Assembly (NCBI GenBank): GCA_951406725.2
Contig: OX597822.1
Span: 6,882,001 to 6,946,000 of the forward strand
DNA length: 64,000 nt
Direction: 5' to 3'
DNA from: Octopus vulgaris
Taxonomy: Eukaryota
Shown: in pieces, positions 1-13,199 of the stretch
Layout: each line of letters opens with the position of its first letter
Position numbering within the stretch: position 1 is the stretch's first letter
Notes under the pieces: model-generated
What the model saw: the letters and a program-made list of their open reading frames with translations, nothing else
Databases searched by the model: none
Told to the model about the DNA's origin: nothing
Translations under genes and position numbers: made by a program

Positions 1-859
1 TATATATATATATATATATATAATATAAAGTGTTACAACATAATTTGAAATATATGGTAAGCGAATTGATGAAGTGGAGGACGGAAGCTAGTTGCGTGGT
101 TGAGTGACAGCCAGCAAGTCACATACACATATTGCAGATAGAGAGCTAAACAGATAAATAGGTATATGAACGCCTGTAATGAAAAGTCCACACCAACATA
201 CAAAAGATGATAAATCCCACAGATGACTTAGCTTATCTTTCTCAAAATTTGCGCAAAGCAAAACGGATTTCCACGGTGAAAGTGTATTTTCGTCATAATA
301 CACTGGAAGAGTGATCTACTCAAAAATGTCGCAAAGCGATAACAATACATTAAATGTATACATCAACTTACATTGTATTGTACTACAATGAAATCTGATG
401 TTAGTTATTCAGTGGTATTGCCTTTTATACAAAAGAATTACAAAGGTATGAGAATCACACCTGCACTAATGACGTACGTATATATAATTACTGCATGCAC
501 GGTCGTAATTGCGTTCGCGATGCCAATGCTCAAGTATATGTCGAAGATTATTAATATAATTAGTTTGAGATATAGAAATTATAAATAGCGTAAATAGCAT
601 TACTTATAAAATTAAACTGGTTAATGATATTCTCAGACATATTACAGATATTCGGATGGGCATGAATATTTGAATATAACACTTATAAGAATAAAAACAA
701 GATTCAAAGAACGCAGGCTGCTATTACAAATTAAGTCCCTTACATATGCATACTTGACGGGACAGAACGTATTATTACCAGTTTACAAGTACTCATGACT
801 CTCAATATAACTGCATACATGTGTGTATGTGTGTACGTGTGTATAATATGTATGTATGT

Positions 860-897
860 ACACGTATATCTATATATATATATATGTGTGTATATGG

Positions 898-967
<70 letters not shown>

Positions 968-1013
968 GTATACTTACTTGGAAATGGATGCCTCGCGTTC
1001 AATTAAATAATAA

Positions 1014-1097
<84 letters not shown>

Positions 1098-1205
1098 TAA
1101 GAAAGAGAGAGACAGAGAGAGATACATATATATATATATGTATGTATACATCTATATATGTATATATATATACGTGCATATATATATATATCTATGTATA
1201 TATAT

Positions 1206-1257
<52 letters not shown>

Positions 1258-1330
1258 GTATGTTTGTATGTATGTGTGTGTGCAGAGCGAGGGAGAGAGA
1301 AAGCCTGAGAGAGAGAGTAAGAGAGTATAC
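860..1330. repeat. Compound microsatellite block: (TA)n, (TATG)n, (GA)n, (CA)n
   Basis: Directly visible; explains the YIYI, VCVC and HTHT ORFs here. Similar blocks recur throughout the window. Confidence 0.97.
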
Positions 1331-1612
1331 AATACACCCCGTACAGCTTAATGTTTTGTGAGATTCAATCATAGATTGGGGAAAGTAATAACATAGCCTC
1401 CGGTTCATTCGTACAAATCAATGAAATTTAATAAATGAATATTAATTCCTAACGCTGAAACGACCCAAGGCAATCACATAATTACTTAGTAAATGAACTT
1501 CTAATATCTTTTACAAATTAAATATAATTCTGAAGAATTTTGGAACTATAGGTAATTATAAACCAAATAGCATTAATCTGCGAAGAAATATACATACATA
1601 CATATATATATA

Positions 1613-1687
<75 letters not shown>

Positions 1688-2483
1688 ATATATATATATA
1701 TGTATATTTATATATACATATATATATATATACAAAAAACGAACTACTTAGAAACAAAATATAAATGCGTTAAGATGTTTAGGAAAGTAATTATACTTGC
1801 TATTAAAATAACATTAATTAAAGAGTATGTATGTATTTATGCACACGCACACACAAACATACACACATGATGTAGACATTTTTTTGTGCATCCACGTGTT
1901 TATATACGCGTATTGAGCTGAATCATTTAAGCATTACTAATATGATTTGAGTTGAGAAACGATTCTGGAGTGTTTGGGAAAATAAGATTTCCTACAGTGC
2001 ATCCTGAGTGGGTGTAATACAAACGGATGAACTCGTAACAGTTATTTGTTATTTCCTTTCAATACTTTAGCTTTGGAAACATAAATTATAGCGTTAACGA
2101 TACAAATGGCTGAATTGCAGAGATAGAAAAATCCTAGCAACTAAAAAAATATATATTAAGCAACAGAAAACAGAAGTAATGAATTTATAAGAATATACCA
2201 AAAATGTGAATAGACGAGGGAGAATGCGTTGGCTAGAAGAGAAAAGAAGTAAAACATTTTTGTCTCATCTGTTGTCAAAGCACTGACTCCCCTCCTATGC
2301 CGTATTATTGGGCCTCCGAAATAGGTGAATAGTAGGAATGTTCTCAAATCTGCATCGATTTTTACTCTCCTAATGTCACCCAAGTTGTCAAGTGATGGTG
2401 TTGAACCGGGTGGTGGATTAAATGTGTGTGTGTTGTGTGTGTATGTGTGTGCATGTGTGTGCATGTGTGTGTGTGTGTGTGCA

Positions 2484-2520
2484 TACGAGGATTGGCTGAA
2501 AAGTTCATAGGCCGACCAAG
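2484..2520 (+). mobile_element. Solo mariner-type terminal inverted repeat fragment
   Basis: TA-CGAGGATTGGCTGAAAAGTTCATAGG resembles mariner TIR starts (TACGAGGG...AAAAGT) and the TIR-like ends at ~6170-6200 and ~36217. Confidence 0.45.
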
Positions 2521-2560
2521 GTATATACACACATATATATAAATACATATATATATACAT

Positions 2561-2664
<104 letters not shown>

Positions 2665-2817
2665 TGGTGTATATCGAAGATATATATAAATAAATACATT
2701 TAGGAACGGAGTAGAGTACAAAATAGAACGCATTCACCCTTAGAATTACCAAATAGCCGGTAGTATTAAAGTACACTTACAAGTTTAGGTTTAAGCTTTC
2801 GTCTTGTGTGAAAATAT

Positions 2818-3049
2818 AATTGAATAAAATAGAGTCAAGAAGGAGTACGTACGGTGAGGCAGCTATTTAATAAACTCTACACATTTCGTTACAGCATAGA
2901 TCCACATATACTCAGGACTTGAAGTAAGGAACGGTTTACCTGTATAATGAGATCCAGTTGTATCTTCTCAGGTGATATACAATTGCTGCCCGGTTACTAA
3001 AGCTTAGACGTCGATGCCATCACATCCAACAGGTTCATTTGAATCTAGT
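2818..3049 (-). mobile_element. PLE terminal-repeat fragment, family H2, with decayed long-stem-II hammerhead motif (2875-2974)
   Basis: Diverged reverse-complement copy of 4407-4631. Minus strand reads cac-CTGAGAA-gatacaac...gctgtaac-GAAA-TGTG-TA-gag. Confidence 0.65.
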
Positions 3050-3531
3050 ATATTCTGGCAGTTCATTCCGGTCGCTGTCAACGTGCATCTGCACGCTCGG
3101 CATTCTCGGCATTGATGCACTGGCTGTTCACTTTCTTTTACAAGTTAGCTTGTACATTCTAAATTTTATTATTTCGCAAATACATTCAGAGATACCCACA
3201 GGCACACATAATCACCCATACAGACATATACACACAACTACATCTATGGACATACCCATACACAACCAATACCATTCAAAATACTACTATCATGACACTC
3301 CCAAATTATTATAATTCTTCCTCTTCTCCTCCTTCCTTTTTTCTTCTTCTTCTTCTTCTTCTTCTTCTTCCCTACCAAGAGTTTACAAGGACCTCGAACC
3401 CACAAGAGTAAACAGGTGAGACAGAGACAGGCAGAAACAAGGAAAATGCCACTTGTATTTGAACACTATACAAATATTCTTTTGAAAAAAATTTTCTTTT
3501 AATTTTTCTAATTTTAATTATTTAATTGTTA

Positions 3532-3567
3532 CAGTGGAAAAAGTCTCAATGATTGAAACCGGTACTG
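3532..3567 (+). ncRNA. Decayed minimal hammerhead-like motif in a PLE end
   Basis: cag-(tggaaaa)-agtc-tcaat-gatt-GAAA-CCGG-TA-ctg. Stem I (cag/ctg), stem II and the palindromic CCGG are present, but the CUGANGA core is mutated. Confidence 0.4.
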
Positions 3568-3664
3568 AAATGTTTTTATAAAATTCTTTTAACATTTTCT
3601 ATCTTGACTTTTTCCATATATATCAACTCGCGTGTTCCTTTTGATCCTTATACATATATATATA

Positions 3665-3719
<55 letters not shown>

Positions 3720-3743
3720 ATGTATGTGTGTATGTATGTGTGC

Positions 3744-3783
<40 letters not shown>

Positions 3784-4007
3784 ATATATATATATACCTA
3801 TATCCCAATATATATTCATGTTTGTTATTTTATAATAATTACTGGTATCCTTATATTAATATTTTATATCTTATATGTAAAGAACAATATGTTATATGTA
3901 TGTATATTATTGTAATTATCAGTTTAGTAAATAAATAAATAAGTTAACATAATATAATGTCTAAAAGTTGATGAACCACCTATTGATCCCCTCCATTTTC
4001 TTATTGC

Positions 4008-4066
<59 letters not shown>

Positions 4067-4152
4067 ATAATATGTGAAAATATGTGTGTGTGTGTGTGTG
4101 TGTGTGTGTTTTTGTGTGTGTAAATATAATAAGTGACAATTATTCAGTATAT

Positions 4153-4297
4153 ATGATAAAACTCCGAGTTTCGGATGTCGGGGCGGAACTCGGAGTTTTA
4201 TCATGGCTACCTAATAATTCTCACATATTAAGCAGATAATTTCCTCTATTTATTCCTCGAGGTCTCTTTCATTCTTTTGTTGTCTTACCATTTCTAT

Positions 4298-4300
<3 letters not shown>
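4153..4300. repeat. Mini fold-back element: 18-bp inverted arms plus a ~95-nt tail running into (TA)n
   Basis: ATGATAAAACTCCGAGTT (4153-4170) is the exact reverse complement of 4187-4204. Confidence 0.8.
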
Positions 4301-4332
<32 letters not shown>

Positions 4333-4406
4333 ACAAGACTAATGAGTTCTTAAGATGCATAAATGTCAATTCCCATCATCCGCCATCAATAACCAAGGGA
4401 AAGACA

Positions 4407-4631
4407 ACTAGATTCAAACGAGCCTGTTGGATTAATTAGTATCGAAGTCAAAGGTTTACTGACAGGACAGCAACTGTATATCTCCTAAGGAGATGCAACT
4501 AGATCCTGTTATACAGGTAAACCGTTGCTTACATTAAACCCTGTGTACATGTGGATCCATGTAACGAAACGTGTAGTGTTTATTAAATAGCTGTCTAACC
4601 GTACTCCTTCTTGGCTCTATTTTATTCAATT
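4407..4631 (+). mobile_element. PLE terminal-repeat fragment, family H2, with long-stem-II hammerhead-like motif (4482-4578)
   Basis: ctc-CTAAGGA-[74 nt with gatcc/ggatc and tatacagg/cctgtgta pairings]-GAAA-CGTG-TA-gtg; homologous to 2818-3049. Confidence 0.65.
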
Positions 4632-5984
4632 TTATATATATAAGAGTGAGTGAGTGTGTGTGTGTATGCGTATCCTGTACCGCTTAAAAATCATTCCAAT
4701 ATCACGAGATATCAAAATAATACCATTGGTACAAATGAACTTCACCTTATGTGATACGTTCCTGTTACAGGTAATAATAGGTCGCATTAAAAATCTTTAC
4801 GAACCTCATCTTGGTAAAATTCTCATTTCCTTTCTCAACACAGACTTCCCTACAAGACATCAGAAAATATTTTCAGTTTATTTCTATATGTTGTAGTGTT
4901 TTCTACTCATATCTTTTGTGAGAGAAGCGTAATTGTTAGTGATGTTTTCAGTTATTTCTCCTGCGTTCTTCGTGATGATTATACAGCTTTAAGCATTTCC
5001 GTTAATCGCATTCTATTCTGATGACAGGTACGTGTGTTTGTAGGCATGGGCGTACGTGAGTGTAATTTTATTTGATCCAATCGTTTCTTGACTACGATGT
5101 TGCGTCAATCATACAAGTGTGCGTGTGTGTTTGTACGCATATTTTCCAGTATCATTGTACAAGTTGTTCTTGATGATATTATTTTTATTTTGCTGTTTCA
5201 ATTGCCAATGTATTCACAAATACTTTGTAATGAAGTTGACAGGCGTTTTAATAACTGCACTAATATAGGCAATATTTCATTCCTATATATTCCTGATACG
5301 TTCATATGTTGGAAACAACTTTTGTATTTCGTGTCGCCATTGACAAGATTTTATCAGTTTCCAATGAACTACTAAATCCATTCGCCACTAATAGATTGGA
5401 TGTGATTATTGTGTCGAACCCTATAGAAGGTTTCATGCAAAGGAAATGTTTACGGTAATATATGTATCGCTTAATACAAACCCTGATGTTCAGTTTCTAT
5501 ATGACTGTTCTTAGAAATTAGATTTTTTAAATTAAAGAACGGCCAATAGAAACACATTTAAAGCAACAATGTAAAATGTATATAGAGTTATGTAGAATTT
5601 TATAGATTTAATAGATTTAATAGATTTAATAATCAGTCGTTACTCAGTCATTAATAAGCAGTTGATTGAATATGATTTGGTAATAGGAAAAATGCTTTTG
5701 CTATCTGTTAAGCTTTTATAATCTTGAGCAGATATAAGGAATATTTCGGGCTTCCTCACACTCAACCAAGTATACATCTGGTATTTTACAGTTGGAGGGA
5801 ACAAGACATTCACTAGCTGGTACGCTTTTACAGCTGAGTGGCCTGAAGTGCCTTGCTCAAGATCATAACGGGATATCTGGTTTTGGAATTGGCTTGAGAA
5901 TCGCATTATCATGAGTGTGCTATTCCCGATGAACACTAAACTTAAGCTACGCAGCAAACACAAAATTTAATGCTTGATTTTTTT

Positions 5985-6200
5985 TTGTTACAGCCGCAAA
6001 TTTATGTTTTTGGGTAAAGTAAAATACAAGAGGAACAGTTAATTATGATTTTATTCAACTTATTTCCCTCCAAGATTCACACAATTATTGCAACGGTCCT
6101 TCAGTTTTCTAAGGGGTGTAAACGAACTCAGAATGTTGGGCCTCCAACAAGGCCTATCGCGATACTCTTAAAGCCAGGAACTTTGAAGCACCACCTCGTA
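5985..6200 (-). mobile_element. Non-autonomous mariner-derived remnant
   Basis: The right end reads TACGAGGTGGTGCTTCAAAGTTCC on the minus strand (mariner-like TIR plus TA). Internal minus-strand GAGGGAAATAAGTTGAATAA resembles the mariner GxYVE-stop C-terminus. Confidence 0.5.
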
Positions 6201-6272
6201 TTAGATGCTTTCTAAAAGCATATATTACTACGTTAGTATGGGGTTGCCTTAAACTTATATCGTTATCCATTA

Positions 6273-6503
6273 AATGGCGAAATGGCAGAAACGTTAGCGC
6301 GGCGGGCGAAATGCTTAGCGGTATTTCGTCTGTCGTTACGTTCTGAGTTCAAATTCCGCCGAGGTCGACTTTGCCTTTCATCCTTTCGGGGTCGATAATT
6401 AAAGTACCAGTTTCGCACTGGGGTCGATGTAATCGACTTAATCCCTTTATCTGTCCTTGTTTGTTCTCTCTGTGTTTAGCCCCTTGTTGATAGAAAAGAA
6501 ATA
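6273..6503 (+). mobile_element. tRNA-derived SINE family B (Nin/Deu-domain-like core) with 17-bp target-site duplication
   Basis: B-box-like GAGTTCAAATTCC and core GCCTTTCATCCTTTCGGGGTCGATAA..AAGTACCAG. TSD TATATCGTTATCCATTA at 6256-6272 and 6504-6520. Near-identical copies at 32381 and 34933. Confidence 0.9.
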
Positions 6504-6669
6504 TATATCGTTATCCATTATCTGACTATTCTTATTATTGTAACTTTTCGGCATACTGACTGGAGATCTCATTATCCTCGTCCAGGAAATTTGTTTTACG
6601 TTCACATTTTCCATTACCGATAATTATTTGATTCGTAGCATAAATCTTTTTTTTTTTCCATTTGATTTT

Positions 6670-6822
6670 CATGGTTGCGTTGTAAGAAGCTTGCTTTCCA
6701 ACCACATGTATCTGGCTCCAGTACCACTGCGTGTTAACTTGAGCAAATGGTTTCTACTATAGCCTCGGGTTGAACATGACCATGGGAGTAACTTGGTTTC
6801 ACGAAACCGAAAAAGGCACGTC

Positions 6823-6825
<3 letters not shown>
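6670..6825 (+). mobile_element. Degenerate 5' half of SINE family A
   Basis: GTAAGAAGCTTGCTTTCCAACCACATG...CCACTGCGTG...CTACTATAGCCTCGGG aligns to the family A head. Confidence 0.7.
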
Positions 6826-6894
<69 letters not shown>

Positions 6895-7769
6895 CATTTC
6901 TGGTTTAAGAAATCTCAGTGGAAAACCTTGTTTTGGTGACATGTGAATTTCTTTGTAAGTTATTTAAATAGTCCTGTGGCGTATATAAAAGCACGTGAAG
7001 TACATTTCCTAGCCGAAAAACAACGACAGTATACGAAACGAATGCGGTTCTATTACTCTAATTAATACTAACATTGTAAAAAACACTTACAAGAAAACTA
7101 ACATTAAATATAGAGTAAAAACAATAATTCTAAGCTCTTGGCTAAATGCTGAAATCCAGCTGGACCAGATCGTCTGTATTTTACGCTTAGGAATCACGTC
7201 TTCAAATTCATATCAATTTTAAATGCGTATCGTTTAATATCTCTAACGACGACAGCAGACTTACTCATTGCATATGTTATGGGGTCATGTACTTTGATAT
7301 TCCAAATTTAGTCCAATGGACTGCACAACAAGTGGTATCACTGAGAATAATTTAGCTCGCTGATTTAAAATGCTGATTTCACAAAGAAGTTTTTCGCCGT
7401 TTTATTTACTGACTGCTCTCAATGAAAACTGTGATATCCAGGAGATGATTTATGGGAATCAGTGGCCATCAATCCAAAAATAATCCGAAATGAATGAGCT
7501 ACATTTGTTGCAGCATGTTGCGTAGAGACCAAAAAGAAAATGGCGCCTATATTCTGACAAAGTACCTAAACCCCAGGACTGACGATTATATATATAGAAA
7601 AACATAGTACTACTACGCACAACACACTTCTTACATACAAGACTTTTAATACAAATATACTCACTACACAAATGACAACACGAAAATAAGGCACAGCAGA
7701 TGTCCTAGGCGCTGAGAAGTTTAGTGAATGCATGCAGCAAAAATAAGATTATTAAATGATTGCCGAAAT

Positions 7770-8220
7770 ACTTTCTAATCTTGGCAAAAGGACAGGAAAT
7801 TTGATGGTGGGTGATAGTCACTTACATCAACCACCCAGCGAGAAGGAATGTAAAATGACCTCGTTCAAATTTGAATTCAGAATATATGCCATTGATCACG
7901 ATATTTGAATTGATAATTTTCCAGTTTGAAAGCTGAAAGGTAAAGTTGACGTTGGAGACATTCTGGTTCAGAACCGGAAGCCGGAATGCATACTGCAAAA
8001 GAGCCGCAATGCATACTGCAAAAGCATTTGCCCCGATGTTCCATCCATTTCCCAATATATTCTGATAGTAATAATGATTGATTAACATTCTGGCACATGG
8101 CTGCAGTGTCTGTATTTGAATGGGAAATCGATTACATGAACTCTAGTCCTTAAATGGAACACGTTATCACAGACTCGGTGGAATTTTAACTTGCGATGAC
8201 AAGACGAACTAAATGACACT
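7770..8220 (-). mobile_element. Two highly decayed SINE B-like fragments (~7770-7880 and ~8085-8220)
   Basis: Patchy similarity to 19490-19672 (ttggcaaaaggacag..., aatcgattacat...gactcggtggaattttaact). Confidence 0.4.
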
Positions 8221-8582
8221 AAAAATAGCAATAACAAAAAAAACTAAGATATTAAAATAGTAATGTTATCTTGAGAACAAAAGAACCTCTTCGTGATCTC
8301 CCAGTCTGCCAAAAATAGCAGACGCTAGTTTACCCACGCACAACCCATGACATTATACAATGGATAACGCACTCCTCAAAATAAACATACATTGTCTGAC
8401 ATAACTTAGGATGTTCACGGTTGGAGGGACTCTGTTTATAGCTTTCCCTGTTAATTTCCAGTATGAGGCTTAACGAGAACAGCAGCAACCATGATAATAT
8501 AATAAAAGGAAGAGCGACAAAATTTTAATAACAGATTCCTGAGAAACAAGTAAAACTAATAACAAGCGCAGACAAAAATATA

Positions 8583-8626
<44 letters not shown>

Positions 8627-9319
8627 TACTTAAAAATGAAAAAAAGAACAACATAAGTATATAGATATTAAAATACATTGTCCTGAAATTTTTAATTTCC
8701 ATTTGATAACCTGAAAAATAACAAAAAGAATAATAAAGTAAAGAAAAATAGAAAATAGATAAGGGGGAAGACAGATTCTTCAATACAATAAGTCTCTATA
8801 AATTTACAAAATAATTCCATTTTTCTCCAATCTTGTCTATCGGTCTTTTATTTTGTATTTTTCATTTATGATTAATTTTTTTTTCTTCAGTTCCTGATAA
8901 ATATTCATTGTAATTTTATTCATTTAGTTATTCCACAATCTTTATATATATATATTGATGGATTTTTTTTTATTTCTTTTTAATTTGAATTCTCTAGTAT
9001 TTTCGTTTTCCATTTCTTCACGTCATTTAAAATTATTGTTAGCGTGTTTCGCGAGCCGACACTACTCAATAACTTTTCTTCGTGCCGTATACATGCGCAT
9101 ACACATACATCTTCGTGCCGTATACACACACATACACATACATCACACACGCACGAACGCACGCAAGCACACACTTATGCATACGCGCATATATACGAAT
9201 GCATGCGTACGTGTGCATATAAGAGTGAGTGAGCCTGAGCATCGGTTCGACACGGTGTCTGCATCAAATATCTGGCTCTTTGTATATCTTCATGCATTTA
9301 AATGTGTATAGGGGTGTAC

Positions 9320-9373
<54 letters not shown>

Positions 9374-9380
9374 TATATAT

Positions 9381-11325
9381 AAATTCAGCAAAATTTAGGT
9401 TCAAATGAATATAGTACTTAAGTTAGATGCACCAGAATACCGTATGGTGTTATCCATATAAATCCATCGGGTGATTATAATCAAAATAAGCACCAAGAAA
9501 AACTTCGGTAATTTGGTACGATCGTTTCATGCTAACATCATTTTATGAAATGTTGTATGTATTACAACTGTTTTAAAATGCTGAGCACTCATCAGCCATT
9601 AATAGAGGTTTTCCATTAATACATAATTTTCATATCAAGTGATAACATTATAGAGAAGGTAGATATATAGACAAAGATGTGGATTTAAATTTTAAGAACA
9701 TTTGAGGTAGTGGAACTTAACAACTGACTGACTAAAATTAATTTGCTCCGAACTACTGTAAGGTTCTGAGAGGAATGTACAAGTGAAAGGATACGACAAA
9801 GATTTTCTATTTATAGAAATAGGGGTGAAAGAGATGTCAAAGTTCAACATAAAGAAATTTATGTAGAAAGAAAAGGATTGTCACATTACAATGCCAATTA
9901 CTACTATTTGGTAAACAGATTTGGCATTAGGAAAATTAGGTCAATGTCAAATGGTTATAATGACACTCATAGAGAATGCAGAGATTTTATAAAACTAAGG
10001 AGAAATTATAGATCTAAAATTTATTCAATTTAGAGAAAGTATATTACTTATTATGAGTAGACATAATACTTATTAAATGGGGAAACATTTTATTAATCAA
10101 ATGAATATATTAGGGGTTCAAAATATATACTAGGTAAAATGAAAGAGAAGAAATTAAAGAAGAAAGGTAATCGTAGATTTAGTAGAAGGTGATTTAATAA
10201 TATGAGGAGAGGTAATTTAGAAGAGTAAATTATTCAGATTTCATAGATAGTAAGTCGTTATCAATGAATTAAAATATAGGATCTGTTGGAAATAATATTT
10301 ACTACCCGCGGAGATAGGTTAATTAGTTAGGTAAAAATATCTTTGGTTAATTATATATTAAGAAATGGAAGTGAGATAATCAAGGTGAACCGAATAGTTT
10401 CCTTAGGGACATAGGATTTATACTATTTAGTATTGGAGAATATTAGAAAAAGAATAATTTAATTCTGAGTTTGCAATGTAGTTTTTTAGTAATGTATGTA
10501 TGTTGAATTAAAAACCAGTATGGTATATTCGTTCTTATTTGGTTATAAAGAAATAAAAAATTTGAAAAATTTAGGAATATTCACAATATCATTATTTAAA
10601 ATATTTAAACGTACGAGTTGTACGATGTATACAAGATCCTCCTAGCTTCGAACGGTTATTTAACAGATTTGTATTATTCTGATGTTTTAAAATTTCATAT
10701 GTTTCCATACAGCAAAGTTGACAACCATTCCTACTATTTTTATAAGGCCGTGCTTTTGTTACTGTATCCCATTTCAGGTTGAATTCTATATTATTTGTTT
10801 TTAGTTCCCAAATTTTACTAGACAATGTTGTGCAACCTGCTTTGTGTTTGAGCCTAAAGGAGGAAAAATGATTGTTTAAAGTTTTTTTTTAATCTACCGA
10901 ACAACTGAAATAAAGATAGTTGTTGTTTGAAGTTATTATCGTACATTTATAAATCACGTTTTGGACCAGACAACGGCCAGATACCGGACATTTCGAACTG
11001 ATCCTACAATTACCACTGGGGGGGATAATTTCCAGTACTAGTATTATTTAAGGACAGTTCGTTTTCATTACTGTTATTTGAGTTGTTATTAGTATTAGTG
11101 TTATTTTCTCTAATAGTAGTTACATTGTTATGCAAACTGGGGTTACTAGTTATTAATCCATCCTCATTTTCATCACCTACTATACTTTTATCTATACTAC
11201 CTATATTATTGATGTTGTTATTATCACTATTTGTATTAATGTTGTTATTACTGTTATTATTATTATCATCATCATTATTTCTATTATTATTATTATTATT
11301 ATAATTATTACCATTATTATTATTA
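9381..11325 (-). mobile_element. 5'-truncated Penelope-like retroelement: Asn-rich linker, GIY-YIG endonuclease, long 3' region, hammerhead (9514-9598) and tail ending in (TA)n
   Basis: Minus-strand translation NCRISSKCPVSGRCLVQNVIYKC...HFSSF...TTLSSKIWELK...LKW...ARPY...CQLCCME...LLNNRSKL...SCIH is a PLE C-terminal GIY-YIG with a CxC-x5-CP-type linker. Hydra-like clade is an inference. It carries a stop/frameshift. Confidence 0.88.
10592..11010 (-). pseudogene. PLE GIY-YIG endonuclease domain remnant
   Basis: ORF-track 10592..10825 plus the upstream frameshifted NCR..CP..GRC..NVIYKC segment. Confidence 0.85.
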
Positions 11326-12414
11326 GTATCTAGCCACTGTCTGGTCCAAAATAAGAATAAATATACCATACTGGCTTTTAATTCAACACACATAGATAAA
11401 TAAAAAAAACTACATTGCAAACTCAGAATTAAATTATTCTTTTTCTAATATTCTCCAATACTAAATAGTATAAATCCTATGTCCCTAAGGAAACTATTCG
11501 TTTCACCTTGATTATCTCACTTCCATTTCTTAATATATAATTAACCAAAGATATTTTTACCTATCTAATTAACTTTTCTCCGCGGGTAGTAAATATTATT
11601 TCCAACAGATCCTATATTTTAATTCATTAATAACAACTTACTATCTATGAAATCTGAATAATTTACTCTTCTAAATTACCTCTCTTCATATTATTAAATC
11701 ACCTTCTACTAAACCTACGAATACCTTTCTTCTTTAATTTCTTCTCTTTCATTTTACCTAGTATATATTCTGAACCCCTAATATATTCATTTGATTAATA
11801 AAATGTTTCCCCATTTAATAAGTATTATGTCTACTCATAATAAGTAATATACTTTCTCTAAATTGAATAAATTTTAGATCTATAATTTCTCCTTAGTTTT
11901 ATAAAATATCTGCATTCTCTATGAGTGTCATTATAACCATTTGACATTGGCCTAATTTTCCTAATGCCAAATCTGTTTACCAAATAGTAGTAATTGGCAT
12001 TGTAATGTGACAATCCTTTTCTTTCTACATAAATTTCTTTATGTTGAACTTTGACATCTCTTTCACCCCTATTTCTATAAATAGAAAATCTTTGTCGTAT
12101 CCTTTCACTTGTACATTCCTCTCAGAACCTTACAGTAGTTCGGAGCAAATTAATTTTAGTCAGTCAGTTGTTAAGTTCCACTACCTCAAATGTTCTTAAA
12201 ATTTAAATCCACATCTTTGTCTATATATCTACCTTCTCTATAATGTTATCACTTGATATGAAAATTATGTATTAATGGAAAACCTCTATTAATGGCTGAT
12301 GAGTGCTCAGCATTTTAAAACTGTTGTAATACTTACAACATTTAATAAAATGATGTTGTGCGAAACGATCGTACCAAATTACCGAAGTTATTCTTGTTGC
12401 TTATTTTGATTATA
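11326..12414 (+). mobile_element. Inverted duplicate of the PLE 3' region with hammerhead at 12293-12376
   Basis: 11346-12414 is the reverse complement of 9476-10542 with only scattered mismatches. Confidence 0.95.
12293..12376 (+). ncRNA. Type I hammerhead ribozyme motif with long stem II and palindromic minimal stem III
   Basis: tgg-CTGATGA-[59-nt stem II: gtgc/gtgc, catttta/taaaatg, tgttgtaa-tac-ttacaaca]-GAAA-CGATCG-TA-cca. The core is intact and the predicted cleavage triplet is GUA. Confidence 0.8.
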
Positions 12415-12429
12415 TTATATATATATACA

Positions 12430-12618
12430 GTTCAAATTAATAAAAAAACAATCACAGAGACAGGTGTAGGAACAACAATCAAGTACATTAGTTTAACGCT
12501 CGGGAAAAATGGAGAAGTATTTTACGTTTCCAGCCTACGCTCTTCGACAGAAAGAAATAAGAGGAAATAAAAGAAGAGAGAAAATGACAAAACTTGTTGA
12601 GGTTAGTGGTCCACACAT
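12430..12618 (-). mobile_element. PLE terminal fragment, family H3, with short hammerhead-like motif (12520-12553)
   Basis: Minus strand ttt-CTGTCGA-A-GAGC-gtag-GCTG-GAAA-CG-TA-aaa; same family as 63750-63905. Confidence 0.7.
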
Positions 12619-13199
12619 AATACGCTCCATATACATGTACTTATGTATGTATCCATGCACATACAAATGTATGCATATATGTGTAAAAGTTTTTGTGTAT
12701 GTGTAAATGTCAGTGTGTGGACAAATTTAAGCGTGACAAAACGGGAAGAAATCGTAATACTGAGAATCAAAATTCAAGTGAGACAATATATGCATTGACT
12801 GCTTGGTGAAACTATATTTGCAGCCCAGTTCTGATGTTCAATGTATAAGAGAAAATGTAATTTAAAATATATTTATTCTACAAACTGTTTCGAAGGAAGT
12901 GCATGAAGTCGAATTTTAATTCCACATGATTTTAATCTATGTGAGATTTTTCGCAGAAAATATAATCCATATTTTTAAAAGAATAGCAAATGAGGTGCTG
13001 GTAAATTAAATAGTTTCGATTGCCAAGAAAAGAAGTACATGCAGAATGGGAAGGATGTAAACATATATTCAGTTGAAAATGTAAATAAAATTTGGAGAAT
13101 ATATTTTAAAGAATGTTTAATAAAATACAAGCGGCTTCCATGTACCCATCTTATCAAATATTAGAAAGAGTTTTTGAGTGAGTCAGAGAGAGAAAATTG

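Noticed and set aside
7265-7345. Minus-strand exon candidate ending in GTAAGT
   Set aside because: Stops in all three frames.
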